The notes beneath the pieces are model-generated. The model saw only the letters and a list, made by a program, of their open reading frames with translations. It did no database searches and was not told the origin of the DNA. From assembly GCA_030141605.1 (NCBI GenBank), contig JAQGDQ010000503.1, positions 4,878-68,877 on the forward strand: a DNA stretch of 64,000 nt. Reading direction: 5' to 3'. Below are positions 51,901-64,000 of the stretch, one piece after another; position 1 is the first letter of the stretch, and every line of letters begins with the position of its first letter. A program made the translations under genes and the position numbers. Origin of the DNA: Tubiluchus corallicola. Its lineage: Eukaryota > Animalia > Priapulida.

Positions 51901-54900
51901 TGTGACCCTTAATACATATAACTCAACATTATTTACCTTTTGAGATATTAATTGCAAAATGATTGCACATTATTTGTTTTAGTTTTTGTTAAATTTTTGT
52001 GTTTTTTATTTTATAATATACTGTATACAGTATAATACTTCACAAAATTGCCTACAAGACTTCAAGAAAACATTTTAGTCTTAATAAAATAATAATATTT
52101 TTATTTATCTTGTCACACATGCACAGTTATGATACAATTAATTTGGAGACAAAAATGTGAAGAAAGGGCAGCGAAAGACCAATTGGTCATCTAGTCGGCT
52201 GCCCTTTGGTTAGTGATGAACATTTTTATAGGCGCTATGCTACAGTGTATTAGTGTTAGTACTGCTTATAATAAAAATTTAATTGTTACGAATGACATTA
52301 AATTGATATGCTTATAACGTGTTAATACAATTCATACACAGTAATAATAAGTGCATAATAAAAGAATCAAACTGAAATAAAACTGAAATGAAACAAGAAC
52401 TGAAATAAAAATCTGACAACAGAAACATAATAACAATGGCAACAGAAATATACTTTATAACACAAGCATAATTCTTAGACATAAACAAGCGAATGTATAA
52501 TGGAGTCATAATATATCATAATAATGTAAAAAATTGCAGAGATCTGAGGTAAAATAAATGGGCAGATGGTTAACTAAGTTTAGTTAATTCGCAATGTGAT
52601 GACTCTGGGATGTCTAAAATTTTTGTAATCATAACAATGTAAATGCTTTAGTTTAGTTTAAATATTAAGAGATATGCAGGGCTAAAGGTCACCTACTGCA
52701 AATGTATTTTGTGAAATTTTTGTTCTTGTGTACAGTAGTTAGCACGTAGACTTCAACAATAATTATTCTTTTTTGCCCTCTCAAATCCGGTCTAGCTAGA
52801 TTAAATGCAAATCATTCAAGATCATGATGAGAGCATCGTACAGTTACTACACATAATACTCCATACTATTAATTCCAAAGATAAGAAACTGGTTTGTTTT
52901 TTTAGTTATTGCAAATTAACATTATGTATAGTGTATAAATTATATAGTGTCCACTTGCGGCAAATGCTGGAGTGAAATTATAATAAAGACTGTGTTATGT
53001 TTGAAGCTTAAATTCACCATGTTGGATGCTTATGTGCTGTGCAATAGGTTTAGTCCCTTACAGTGTATGTACTAGTAGTGTACTCCTGCAGGCTTGTAGT
53101 CAGTTAAACTAAGCTGTATTGTAGATACGTCTGTGTTACAAATTTTGTTTTTCAATTTCCAAAATTTACAAAGTTAAAATAAGTCAGAAGTTAAGACTAA
53201 AATTGTTAATTTATTTTTTCCTCTTTGGAAACTTATGTATATTCACTAGATTGAAAATCTAAACCCTTTATTCATTAATTTATGCTTTAATATTTTCATT
53301 GTTTTAATATATTCTACGGTGAGATATTAGTGTTGTAATTGCTTATATTCAAAAACAACAAATCAAAATATTGAGATTTTTTATTCTCGTTAAGCAGTGG
53401 CTACTTCAGTTTGAGATTCTTCAAAATCTGTTTGTTGATGATGTTACTAACACGGATGAGTCTAATTGCTGTGGTTTATGTTACAAGTTGATTACTAATT
53501 ACCGAATTATTATCCAATGTTCTTATTGCAATTCATATTACCATCGCAGATATGTATCTATACCAACCTATATTAATAATAATGATCCATTCATGTGCTC
53601 GGTGTGTTATGACAATGTCTTTCTTTTCTCTAAATTAGATGACTCTGATTTACGTAATTTGCTGATTATACTATACTAAATTTGAAGATTTTAGTAATCT
53701 ACCAGATATTTTAAATAGTCAATGTTTTACCTTAAACAACTACGATCAGCATGATCCTGACACTATAATACCGTCTATTACCTCACAATATTTTTCTCCT
53801 GATGAGTTTCATTTATGCATTGATAGTAACTCATCTGATTTAACTATGATGCACATGAACGTTGTCAGTTTAAATGAAGAAAAAATTGAACTTATTCAGG
53901 AATTACTTTCTCCTTTAAGAAACCCTATTAAAATATTAGGCATTTCTGAGACACGACTGAGCAACGTTTCTGTATCAAACTATGACCTTCCAGGTTATTT
54001 TGAACTCCTAAGACATGACTCCAGTTTGGAAACACATATTGGTGGTGTGGGTTTATATATCCATTCTTCATTGACGTACTTTGATAGATCAGATCTTAAG
54101 CTTAATGTTAATAAGTGTGAAAATTTATGGATAGAATTGGGCTCAAAACAACATGTTGGAGTGGTAGTTGGGCTAATTTACCGACATCCAGACAGTACTC
54201 GGGATTCCTTAAAGCATTTCAAATCTGAACTTGAAAGCACAATCAAAATTTTAAATGCGGAACACAAGAAATTATATATTATGGGTGATCTAAACATTAT
54301 CTTCTGTCATAATTTTACAGCTCAATGTGTTGATATGTTATTTTCGCAGTTTTGTTACCCTTTAATTACAAGACCAACCAGAGTCAAATCAAAAACTTTA
54401 ATTGATCACATCTATAGTAATTGCATAAACACTGAAATTAATTCTGGTATATGCCTTTATAATATTAGTGATCATTTGCCAATTTGTGCAACAGTAAAAA
54501 ATATTAGCGTAACAAGAGATAAAAATTGCAAAATTCATAAATATAATTTCAAAAATTTTAATAAACAAAACTTTATAGATGACATAGAAACTAGTTTCTT
54601 AAATTTTGAACAATATCTTACTTGTAATAGTCCAACAGAATATTATAATTATTTTTTAAATACATTAATTTCTACTATAGATAAACATGCACCATTAAGA
54701 ATGCTTTCAAAAAAAGAATGCAGATTATTAGCAAAACCTTGGATTACCCCCCTGGTTACCCCCCCTGATCACAAACTCTTGAAACTGGACAAGTAACTCC
54801 CTGGTTGTTCATTGTGTTTGTTTTTAACCCTTTCACAACATGGTTTCTTTTTAACTGGGCCACATTGACTTTTGGACATTTGACAATAACTTCTTGTGGT

Positions 54901-57900
54901 GTGTTACTAAAACAGAATCTTGTAAATAAACACATAGTTATTCGTTACCGAGTAATAATAACAAATATTACTTTTATTTATACACATGCATAAGCCTTTA
55001 CAGTTTCATTGTGTGCACGAGCATTTACTGTAGGTCAAAGGTTAAGTGTACCACAGCAATCCCCGTCTTGACTGCAACAATCACGTGATATGTAAGTAAA
55101 GCAAAGCCATCTGCCACATCAGTTTAGCGAGGCGTTGTCAAGTGTACACAAATGCATTGTCTGGTACACTTAACCGTTGACCTTTTCACAATCATCATCA
55201 ATCGTTGAGACTGTGAAAAGGCTTATTTAGTAAGTATTTTTTGTAAATATCTTATACAAACATTTATTTTACCTGTTCACATCAGTGAAGCCAGCTACAG
55301 GAGCCTGTTCACACTGAATCAGAAACACAAAGCAGCTAAACACAGCAGTGAAGGTGACAATCCAACAAAACTTGATCGTGTTCTGACACGACAAAGAGAA
55401 CTTCTTGATTAACCAACCACTCAAAAAATTTCCACCCGCCCCGGCAGGTATTATAACCAACCCTGTAAATAAACAACAGAAAACTTGGTTATCTTGAGAG
55501 CACTGCTTTTTCCAGACAGTTAAAAATGATTCATGATTTATCTGCTTCTTTCTGAAATTAAGATCAACATTCCAAGATGGCGGTTGGTCATAATATAACT
55601 GTTGCAAATTTTCATTTGCAATTTATAATTGAAAATATTACCAATAATTAAATATGTGCTGCCATCTACACTTAAAATTGTTTATTTTTTTGAACGTTTC
55701 CTTGATACATTTAGTGTTCATTTAAAAAATAACATTTGACCAAATTTTCGAGTCATTCTACTTTGAAGCGTTATAACCGTAGGTTTAACTGTGCCGACTT
55801 ACGGACAGCTTTGGTTTGCAAGCACACAAATAGTTATCTTGAGATAATAACTTATCTCGATATCAAACGGCAATGGCAAAACACCAAAAGTAAGACAACA
55901 TTTTAGCCACATTCAGTGTGAATACGCTCCTTTGGTGACAGGAATGGCTGGAAGCAGTAAGGCAAGTGAAATTACCCACAAGCACAACCTATCATCCATA
56001 TGCCATACAGACCTGCGCTACTTAACTTCTCTGCAAAGTCATATTATAAACATAGTTGTTAGAAGAATTACCCATCACTATAGCTGCTGAACTGGCTGTC
56101 ATCACGTACTGAACTTCAACGTATTTAGGCATAAATACGGTAAATCCACCAATCAACAATCCTGAAATGATAAAAATGCAAAATTAGAGCATTAAACAAT
56201 AATTAATGAATGAAATAACTTAACAGTCGACAGACGCACCGCAGCTTAAGCAAGCCAGCCCAACTCAGTGCTGGTCCCAAGCCCGGATAAATAAGGAGGG
56301 TTAGGGTCAGGAAGGGCATCCGCCTGTAAAAACTGCGCCAAAACCTTCTATGAATGAGTCGGTGAGACTTAAAGTCCACAAAGAAGTGGTCAGACCCGCT
56401 CTAATCTATGGGCAGGAAGCAGCTTCTCTAAAGAAGACCGAAGAGAAGAAAATGGGTGCGGTGGAGATGAGGATGTTGAGATGGATGGTGGGAATAACAA
56501 GAAGAGATAAAATTAGAAATAATGATATCAGACGCACAGTAAAAGTAGTGGAAGCCTCGCAAGATTGAAGTCGGTGAAGATCATGTGGGAAGGGAAGACA
56601 TAAATGAAGAGATGGTTAACAAAAGGAATACGTGGAGAAGACTCATTCACAACGGCGACCCCGCATAAGGAAATGCTGGGAAGAAGAAGAAGAAGAAGAT
56701 TTAAAGGAAAAGCCTTCTAGGATATTAGGTTTATTCCAACGTTTGCAAAAAATGTTAGAAAGATTTAGTAATAAAACTGCAATAAACGCATCGTGTAATT
56801 AGTAAAATCACTTTAAAGTCGCGATCACTTCATGCTTGGATGCTCCAATTTTGAATGCCCTTTCTTCTTCCAATGATGTCATTGATCTTGAAGATAAGCA
56901 GCGCACTGTCAATCTTTTTCAAAAATATTCAGTCTCATCAGTAAAGTTCAAGAACGTGAATGTTGACATTGACATTAAGTTTACTTACCTTCAGTAGCAC
57001 CAGCAAAATTTAAGAATATGAATGTCGGATTTGACATCAAGTTTATTTACCTTCAGTAGCACAAGCAAAATTCAAAAACATGAATGTCGGATTTGATAAA
57101 GTTTATTTACCTTCAGTAGCACAAGCAGAATTCAAAAACATGAATGTCGGATTTGACATCAAGTTTATTTACCTTCAGTAGCACAAGCAAAATTCAAGAA
57201 CATGAATGTCGGATTTGACATCAAGTTTTTAAACGCTTTTGGCACATCTTTGTACGACTCTCCAAAACTTGCCCTGGTAACTGCTTCGTCATCCCCGTTT
57301 TTATGAACCTCATTGATTCTTTCTGACCTAAAAGCTTCCGCACCTTGAGAAAAATCAAGGATAGTAACACCTGCTGAAGTAATAAGTCTTTTCACAGTTT
57401 CATTGTGCGCATGCACAGTTGCTGTAAGTCAAAGTTAAGTGTATACGTGGCACGTGTGCAAAGCAAAGCCATCTGTCGCAACATTTCAATAACGTCAGCT
57501 GTCTTACGTGGACTTTACTGAATTATGATGCACTAGTCTGTGCATAGAGTGATTTACTAGCAGAATTTTAATTTACTGTCTAAAATATACATTTTCTTGT
57601 CTACAAAAGTTAGTAATTCTTTCTAATATTTGAATAATTACCTTGGATAGTTAATTAATGGCAGCCAAACACAGCTATCACTTACATCACAAACTAACCA
57701 GTTTGTGCAATGGTAGGCATCTTCCCTGTGCGTCAAGCACATTTGCGTGTGCAAAGATTGCTCTAAGACGCTGATGCTTTAAGGTGATGTCACGAAAATG
57801 AGCTCTACGTCACAGACGAACACTGCAATTCATGACCATGCTTATTACGGTACAGCGCCTATTTGTCGGCCACGCAAATGTGACAAAAAGGCGCTATTGC

Positions 57901-60900
57901 CAGTCTTAGTAAATTTGCTGAGCCATGCGTACCCTTAAAAGTTTAACAGAATCTAACTATCCGAGGTAATTATTATTTAATCTAAGCTTTGATTTAAAAA
58001 AGGTCGTTGTAGTTCTCAATATTTTAGAGCATTCATTATATCTAAAGAATTATCCGGTTTTTCTTTAAATTTTTATACAAGATTTTGAATATTTTCGTGC
58101 CTGTGAAAAGAAAATGACTTAAAGGTTTTTACATAAGCTGCAAATCAAAAAAATAGCAAGTTTAGATAGAAGGTTTCCTCTATTGCAAGAGCAAGACTCT
58201 GAAATTTACTAACAGTTTTAAGATCGTCCATTTTCTATCAAGGCAAAAAGTCATTACTACTATTTTCAACTAAATTGATAAAATTAACGAAACTAGATCA
58301 GTTGCAAAATTTCGTGACTAGTGCTGCACCCTGTTGAGTGGATATTAAACGAGTGCGTGAGATCACTACCTAATAATACGTCAAGTTTGATTTTTTATTT
58401 ACAGAACAAAAAGATGAGTGACACAAATAAATGCAGAAAAAATAAATAAATAATAATATTAATATAATAATAATAATAAATATGCCACGCATACATTCTC
58501 CAATGCCCAATATAACTGCATCAGACAGATTATATTAAAATGTTAATTTATTAACGAAGATAATGATATCCGTTTTACATCACACTTTTCTGGAAACGAC
58601 AATTAATTAATTCATTAAATTTAGTAATTAATCTGACACGGTTAATGGCACTGAAACTAGAGTTGAGGCAGTTAGGCGTTTTAGCTAACCATTTAATTTT
58701 TATTAATTGCGATCAGTTAACGGTTTAATCGTTCCCGATGACGTCATACATGTAATAAAATATCGAATACGCACGACTTGCACGAATAAGAGGTGTGGTT
58801 CAAATCTAGCATGCGCCGGCGAGGATGTCCAACATGGCAGCATCCTCGTAACATACACGAGTGAAAAACTTGTTGCAATTTAGATGTTTCTTAGGCAACC
58901 AGATTAATTGAATCAATGTTGTAAATAGTACATTTGTATGTAAGAGGGATATTGCTAACTGCATACGCCAACTCAGAAAACATACAAAGTTTCATACGGA
59001 TGTGTAGAAAACTTGACTAAGTAACGGCTAAACAGTGACGTCTCAGACTTATTTCAATATAATTGCTAGACTTACCCGGCAAATCGCGGGGCATGCCCAA
59101 CATCGGAACAGCGGCAAACCAACACAGAAATGACCCTAGGAAGAAGCCTATCCACCAGGCACCAATCCAGGCACTGCTGGTCGGTGTCAAACTGAATCTA
59201 AAATCAAAATCAAAAAAAGTTTTGTAAATTTCAGTTTAACCATAAATCTTGTGAGACAAAAAAATGTCACAACATTAAATTTTACATCATAAATTGAAAT
59301 TCGGATGTTTTAGACTAATTATCAAAATCACCTTCATTCTATTTATTCTTATTTAGTATTCATTCCTATTCTTATTCCTAGATGGCACTGACCAATAGCA
59401 ATCGTCACTCAGGCCAAGTGGCTACTGTAGCAAGATAAACATATGAAAACGAAAGAAATAAAATTTATGTAATTAATTCTCTGTAATCGGAACAATTTTC
59501 TGATAGAGAATTCCATAGATAAGAGCCCGAGGGAAGAAACCTAACTTGTAAGCAGCTGTTCACCATCAAGGAATGTCTGTGGTAAGACTGAGAAGCCGCA
59601 TATGAGTTGTCCTTGGAGATTGTTTTATAAAAGTACCAATAGGAAAAACTTAAAGGAAGACCAGACGATTGTTTAAACTCAATCTCATTTTAATTTACTG
59701 TCCAAAATATTCATTTTCTTGCCCATAAAAGTTTGCAATTGTTCCATATATTTGAATACGTAGCTTAGAAAGTTAATTAACGGCAATTGAACACAGCTGT
59801 TGTTTATGTCAGAAACTAGCCACAGTTTGTGCAATGGCAGGCGTCTTCCCTTGCGCGTCAAGCATGTTTACGTAAGTGTAACAGTACTGCTTAAATGCAT
59901 TATGTCACGAAAATGGGCTGTACGTCACATTTTGTCAGAAACTAACACTGCAGTTCATGATCATGCTTATCATGGTACCGCGCCTATTTGTCGGCCACGC
60001 AAATGTGACAAAAAAAGCACCAGTGCCAATCTTAGTGGATTTGTTGAGCTGCTCACAGTTTTGAACGTTTAACAAAATTTAACTATATGAGGTAATCATT
60101 ATTTAATCTAAGATTTTATTTAAAAAAGCTGTTACAGTTTTCTGCGTCTTACAGCACATTTTATTTTGAACTAATGTTTACATGGTCGTCCGGTTCTCCT
60201 TTAATGTAGCAACTGGCCATTGTAACCTGTAGAGTGGGTTAATTTAAAAGTACTCAGTTGATGAAGTTTAGCTAATTAATTCTGTCTAAATAGATGGAAT
60301 GATGTCTTACTCATTGGGGTCTTTACCAGGGGCGTCGACGTAAATCGATAATAACCACCCTCCACCCAGAAAACCGATGGCAGGTCCAACAATGGTCATT
60401 GTGTAAAAGATTCCTGAAAGTACACAAGGTTTACGAGTAGAAGCGAAACACAGTAAAAGTTGTACGTTTAAAGGAAAAGTCAAGCTTTTTAGGAGCTTAA
60501 GCTCATTTAGTAATAAAACTGCAATAAGCGCTTCGTGTAATTAGTAAAATCACTTTAATATTGTGACCACTTCATGCTTGGACACTCCCATTTTTAATGC
60601 CCTTTCTTCTTCCAATGACGTCATTCGTCTTGAAGAAAAGTAACGCACTGTCAATCTTCAACAAGTATAAGATTTTATCAAAATATTAGATGAACAATTT
60701 TGTAATATTTTTGCGTGAACATTAGGTAAGCTGCAGGAATTTGAATTAGTTTAAGCAGCGCGGGCTCACGGAATGCTACAATGCATTTACAAAAAGTCAC
60801 GAAGTCTCCCAGTAATGTCATAATTTTCAGGTGACTGGCTGCAACCACCACGCCCGAAAAATTCTATTCAGGGATAGTATATTTGAAATTTATGCTTTAT

Positions 60901-62376
60901 GGACAGTTCTTTGCAAATTTCTTTCTTATATTTTTCCAAGCTTGAGTGATAACAGCAAAAAAAACCCAACATACTCACTGACTTGCTCTTTCCTTTAAAC
61001 GGGTTCAATGAAGCAAATGTGTGCAAATAATTCCGACTACGAAATCAATTTTTATAATATTATATATATAATATATAAAAATATATAAAATTATATATAA
61101 GTGCAAGCAACTACTACGACACCGATAAAATGTAATGTATATAAGATAGTGAAGAAGAAACCTAAGGCTTTTACACATCTTGGATAACACATCTGGTGGG
61201 GTGATACATAATAGCTTAAATAGTATGAGTGTGTAGTACTGTAGAGTACTAAATATATTTGAAATTCATAAGTCACAAATTTTATAATATCCTGACTAAA
61301 ACCGACATCATTTTATTTAGCTAATCAGACATATTTTGTTCAGATCATCTGCTCAAATCCTATTTAGTAAACTATAAACTTTAATGTTCACAATTTTGAT
61401 TGTTTTGAAATTGTTCACAAATTTCGAGTAAATTTTATTTTACTGATCCTGTTTTTGCCGCAACTTTATTGAATAAACTGTTTTAATTTTTGCCAAACTT
61501 GCCGGATTTCGGAAAATGGAATTAGTGAATTGAACAAACACAGAACATACAAAAGTTTGCTACTAAATTTTAAGGCAAAAGTTTACAATTACCCACACAC
61601 AAGAAGTAAGTTCGTGAAGCAGATTAGGATTAGGGTGGGGTTAGGGATAGGGCTAGAATTAGAATTAAGGGTATTCAAACTGTATGAAGAATTGTAAACG
61701 CCTTCCAATTTAAAAATAAATTACTCTTACCTACATACACAGAGACTAATTTCGGTCGTACATTGTCGTCCAGAAACGCAATTCCGAGCGTGTAGAAACT
61801 TGAACAGCCGATGCCAATCAAGAACTGTGCAAGATAGAAGACATATTTGTAGCTGTTCAGATGTTGATCCTTCGGATTGTCACACGAATTATCCTCAGTC
61901 GTATTATCACAGATATTGTCAAGAAAACTAGTAACAGTCGGTACATAGTCGACAGTCGTAAAGTGAGGCAGGTAAAAAATAAAAGTGCCGACGCCCATTA
62001 ACACCGAGCCGAAACCAATAATCCGTGGTTTGTGCTTAGTTGCACCAATGTAACTCACTGGTAATGAACATATCACAGAAGCAATGTCATAGCAACTTGC
62101 AATTAAACCCGACTCGGAACTACTCATTGAGAAACGTTGTTCGAGCGTACTGATAATGACAGGTAAGAGTCCATTGACGATCATACCTTGTAGAGTACCT
62201 GTCCACGAAATCCAGAAGAGGAACCATTTGGGACGGCTGAATCTTTGCAAACAGCGCGGTTTATAGGAAAAATATCCGTACGAGTGATCAGGCATTTCCA
62301 CATCATCAACGCCTAACCCTTGCTTCTCAAGAAAAGTACCCGATGGAGTCACTCTGTTTGTATTGCTCACATTCAT
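45507..62376 (-). CDS. SLCO4A1: Organic anion transporting polypeptide (OATP/SLCO, family 4-like); 10 coding exons, 2196 nt, 731 aa
   Basis: Exons 62376-61731, 60413-60311, 59197-59076, 57343-57173, 56161-56072, 55462-55273, 49779-49620, 48475-48291, 46912-46848, 45970-45507 are all GT-AG and phase-consistent; WIGAWW signature, Kazal-like CxC..PVCG..Y.SPC.AGC, RSFALG, GTIPAP; 4A1 versus 4C1 orthology is not resolvable. Confidence 0.93.
46311..46736. mobile_element. Compact TIR element with TA flanks (same family as 6839-9163)
   Basis: ta|cattaatatcacggtttgcaggac ... gtccggcaaaccgagatgtgagtg|ta. Confidence 0.78.
46848..46912 (-). CDS. SLCO4A1: SLCO coding exon 9
   Basis: 65 nt, RCVAPKQRSFALGNEWIYVRCLG. 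Confidence 0.92.
48291..48475 (-). CDS. SLCO4A1: SLCO coding exon 8
   Basis: IYGQCACI...CESNCKWQLAIFL...STLR; phase 0-2. Confidence 0.9.
49620..49779 (-). CDS. SLCO4A1: SLCO coding exon 7 (Kazal-like loop)
   Basis: CNIDCTCSEATYHPVCGNDGINYYSPCYAGC. Confidence 0.93.
50097..50439. mobile_element. hAT-family MITE related to 42711-43373, in opposite orientation
   Basis: cagtggcatatc ... gctccccctaactttagaacctggttacgcccctg. Confidence 0.8.
50650..51462 (+). mobile_element. LINE ORF1 (coiled-coil/RRM/CTD type), frameshifted
   Basis: LEQYSRRNTIRCFGL, IDCTHRVG..RPRAVI, REDLT and WTIDGKIFVK motifs. Confidence 0.88.
53400..54750 (+). mobile_element. CR1-type LINE ORF2 5' part: PHD-like finger + APE endonuclease, truncated before RT
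   Basis: CGLC..IQCSYCNSYYH..CSVC; GISETRL, GGVGLYI, IYRHP, MGDLNI, LIDHIY, SDHLPI, KPWIT. Confidence 0.9.
55273..55462 (-). CDS. SLCO4A1: SLCO coding exon 6
   Basis: GLVIIPAGAGGNFLSGWLIKKF...CEQAPVAG. Confidence 0.92.
56072..56161 (-). CDS. SLCO4A1: SLCO coding exon 5
   Basis: 90 nt, GLLIGGFTVFMPKYVEVQYVMTASSAAIVMG. Confidence 0.92.
56216..56310 (+). ncRNA. Twister-ribozyme-like motif in the RTE 5'UTR
   Basis: Core GCUGGUCCCAAGCCCGGAUAAAUAAGGAGGG (56270-56300) closely matches the twister P4/L4/P2'/L1' consensus as recalled; the 5' half is ambiguous. Confidence 0.6.
56217..56699 (+). mobile_element. Internally deleted RTE-clade LINE (5'UTR fused to ORF 3' end), (GAA)n tail
   Basis: 5' ggtcccaagcccggataaa...gtcaggaagggcatcc; VVRPALIYG..EMRMLRWMVGITRRDKIRN; 3' cggcgacccc and GAA repeats. 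Confidence 0.88.
56978..57225. repeat. About 61-bp tandem repeat x4 of the SLCO exon-4 end plus splice donor
   Basis: aagtttatttaccttcagtagcacaagcaaaattcaagaacatgaatgtcggatttgacatc repeated. Confidence 0.95.
57173..57343 (-). CDS. SLCO4A1: SLCO coding exon 4
   Basis: GAEAFRSER...KDVPKAFKNLMSNPTFMFLNFACATE; 171 nt, phase 1-1. Confidence 0.9.
57568..58070. repeat. Dispersed repeat of about 500 bp, second copy at 59690-60200
   Basis: Shared cagtttgtgcaatgg, gcgcctatttgtcggccacgcaaatgtgacaaaa and other motifs. Confidence 0.88.
59076..59197 (-). CDS. SLCO4A1: SLCO coding exon 3
   Basis: AWIGAWWIGF OATP signature. Confidence 0.94.
59335..59690 (-). mobile_element. Degenerate LINE 3'-end fragment
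   Basis: Minus strand FFPRA..(frameshift)WNSL motif followed by a simple-repeat tail. Confidence 0.45.
60311..60413 (-). CDS. SLCO4A1: SLCO coding exon 2
   Basis: GIFYTMTIVGPAIGFLGGGWLLSIYVD. Confidence 0.93.
61731..62376 (-). CDS. SLCO4A1: SLCO coding exon 1
   Basis: ATG at 62376; LQGMIVNG..ISTLEQRF..SGLIASCYDIA..HKPR..YTLGIAFLDDNV; donor gtaaga at 61730. Confidence 0.94.
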
Positions 62377-62419
62377 TTTGTTAGAAACAAAAACCACAGT
62401 TATCTAAAACACGCTGTTT

Positions 62420-62680
62420 TATCTTTAACCATGCTGTGCAATTAGTGACGCATCTATCTTTAACTATGCTGTGCAATTAGTGATGCATCTATCTTTAACC
62501 ATGCTGTGCAATTAGTGATGGGTCTATCTTTAACCATGCTGTGCAGTTAGTGATGGTCTATCTTTAACCATGCTGTGCAATTAGCAATGTGTCTATCTTT
62601 AACCATGCTTTATAATTAATGATGCGTCTATCTTTAACCATGCTGTACAATTAGCGATGTATCTTTATGCTGTGCAATTT
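62420..62680. repeat. About 36-bp tandem repeat x7 (tctatctttaaccatgctgtgcaattagtgatgca)
   Basis: Visible array just upstream of the SLCO exon acceptor. Confidence 0.93.
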
Positions 62681-64000
62681 TTCTCTTGATGACAGCCTAC
62701 AGCAAAGCAAACCTACGAGTAAAAGTATCATTGAACTATATATATTATAGTTTAATCTATCTGCAAATCTACGATTAAGCAAAGTATCATTATTGTTTAA
62801 TATATCTACATATATTAGTTATTTAGAAATGCGCATAGCTATACTGCCTACACACTAATTACGTCACGAACAAAAAATATATTCATTGAAACACTTAGAT
62901 AATGAGAAAAGACAGAAGAAGGTTTCATCAACACGGATACTTAGAAAACTTGACCAAGTAAGGGTTAAATGGTTAGTAATTTTCTTAAACGGTTACGCTG
63001 GACAGTTATCAGTCTGTTAAATGGTTAACGTCTCAGTCATGGGTTTACCGTTGAAGTGTTTACATATTCCAATTTCTTACTCAGCATAGCTTGCTGACTG
63101 CCAATTATGTGAGGATAACTTAACATTAACAATGTTATTGTTATTATTGCTTACATCAGCTTTTAGTCTGACTGTATAAATTTTACATTACATTATATAG
63201 ATATTGCATGTATACAGTGTGCCACGGGAACAAATTTTATTACAGCATAATTGAAACAAAGTAATTTCACAAGATTGTGCAGCAGTCAACGGTTTTTTAT
63301 TGGCGACAAGCATAATGCACATATCTTTGAGTGAAATAATTAAGTTGTTTTTGCAGTAACTCTCTTAACAACTTCTTGTATTCAGGTATTATAGCAGCGA
63401 TACATTTTCTGGCATAAGTAACAAATTATTAATATTACTGAACATGCATGCATTCTTAAGTTTATATTTTATCAGAAAGGAAGAATTTCTGCACACTGCT
63501 TATTTGTTCGACAATATTACCAAATCTAAAAGTACAATGAAAATGTCGATTGTTATATTATAAATAATACTAATAAACACATACTTAGCCAAGATCTGGA
63601 CCTAGAGCTGTAACCTGTAGAAATTACTGAATTTTACCCTTACTGCCCGAAGACAAGTTGCATCTAGCTAACAACGAACACTGATTCTAATTATTGCACA
63701 AATATTCTTTTAAATAGTAATATTACCTTAACCATGGATCTAAAATTCTTCACAAATTGTGTAGATCCATGCACTCAAATTGTCCACCTGCCTGCCATGC
63801 CTGCGCCGCGCGTGCGGGTATGTAAGATCATTGTGGACTATAAAGACATTCAATGTTTTTGTATGATAAATAAAGAACGTATTTTTACAGCCATACTATT
63901 GCAAAAAAATGTCAGTTTTTTATTAGTAACAATAAGATTTGACGATTTTGTCGATTTAATTGAGCTGACACTTCTCATGTGATATCTATGAATAAAAACC

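Noticed and set aside
61620-61672. Telomere-like TTAGGG tract
   Set aside because: Only a few degenerate units inside an intron
63734-63982. 82-aa ORF and an atggatcta...tagatccat hairpin
   Set aside because: No recognisable domain; may be the SLCO promoter or a non-coding first exon, but unsupported

Overview
AT-rich, repeat-dense genomic DNA from an intron-containing animal, probably an invertebrate; the taxon cannot be determined from this window. Genes reconstructed by hand from GT-AG junctions and phase continuity: (1) the last five exons of a + strand type-I membrane protein (polybasic furin-like exon, Ig domain, Thr stalk, TM, short tail; 755-6765); (2,3) two minus-strand, single-coding-exon ankyrin-repeat paralogs inside a segmental duplication (14890-16419 and 30312-31523), with DARPin-like N-cap / 13 or 10 near-identical 33-aa repeats / C-cap architecture and variation concentrated at the predicted binding surface; (4) a + strand 13-finger C2H2 zinc-finger gene built from a triplicated module (37902-40002); (5) a complete 10-coding-exon SLCO/OATP4-like transporter on the minus strand (62376-45507, 731 aa). 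The remainder is micro/minisatellites, MITEs (piggyBac-, hAT-, Harbinger- and Kolobok-like), CR1/L2-type LINE fragments, a tRNA-derived SINE and an internally deleted RTE element with a twister-ribozyme-like core. The best candidate for an undescribed system is the hypervariable, repeat-shuffling stand-alone ankyrin pair. All alignments were made by eye and no database searches were run.
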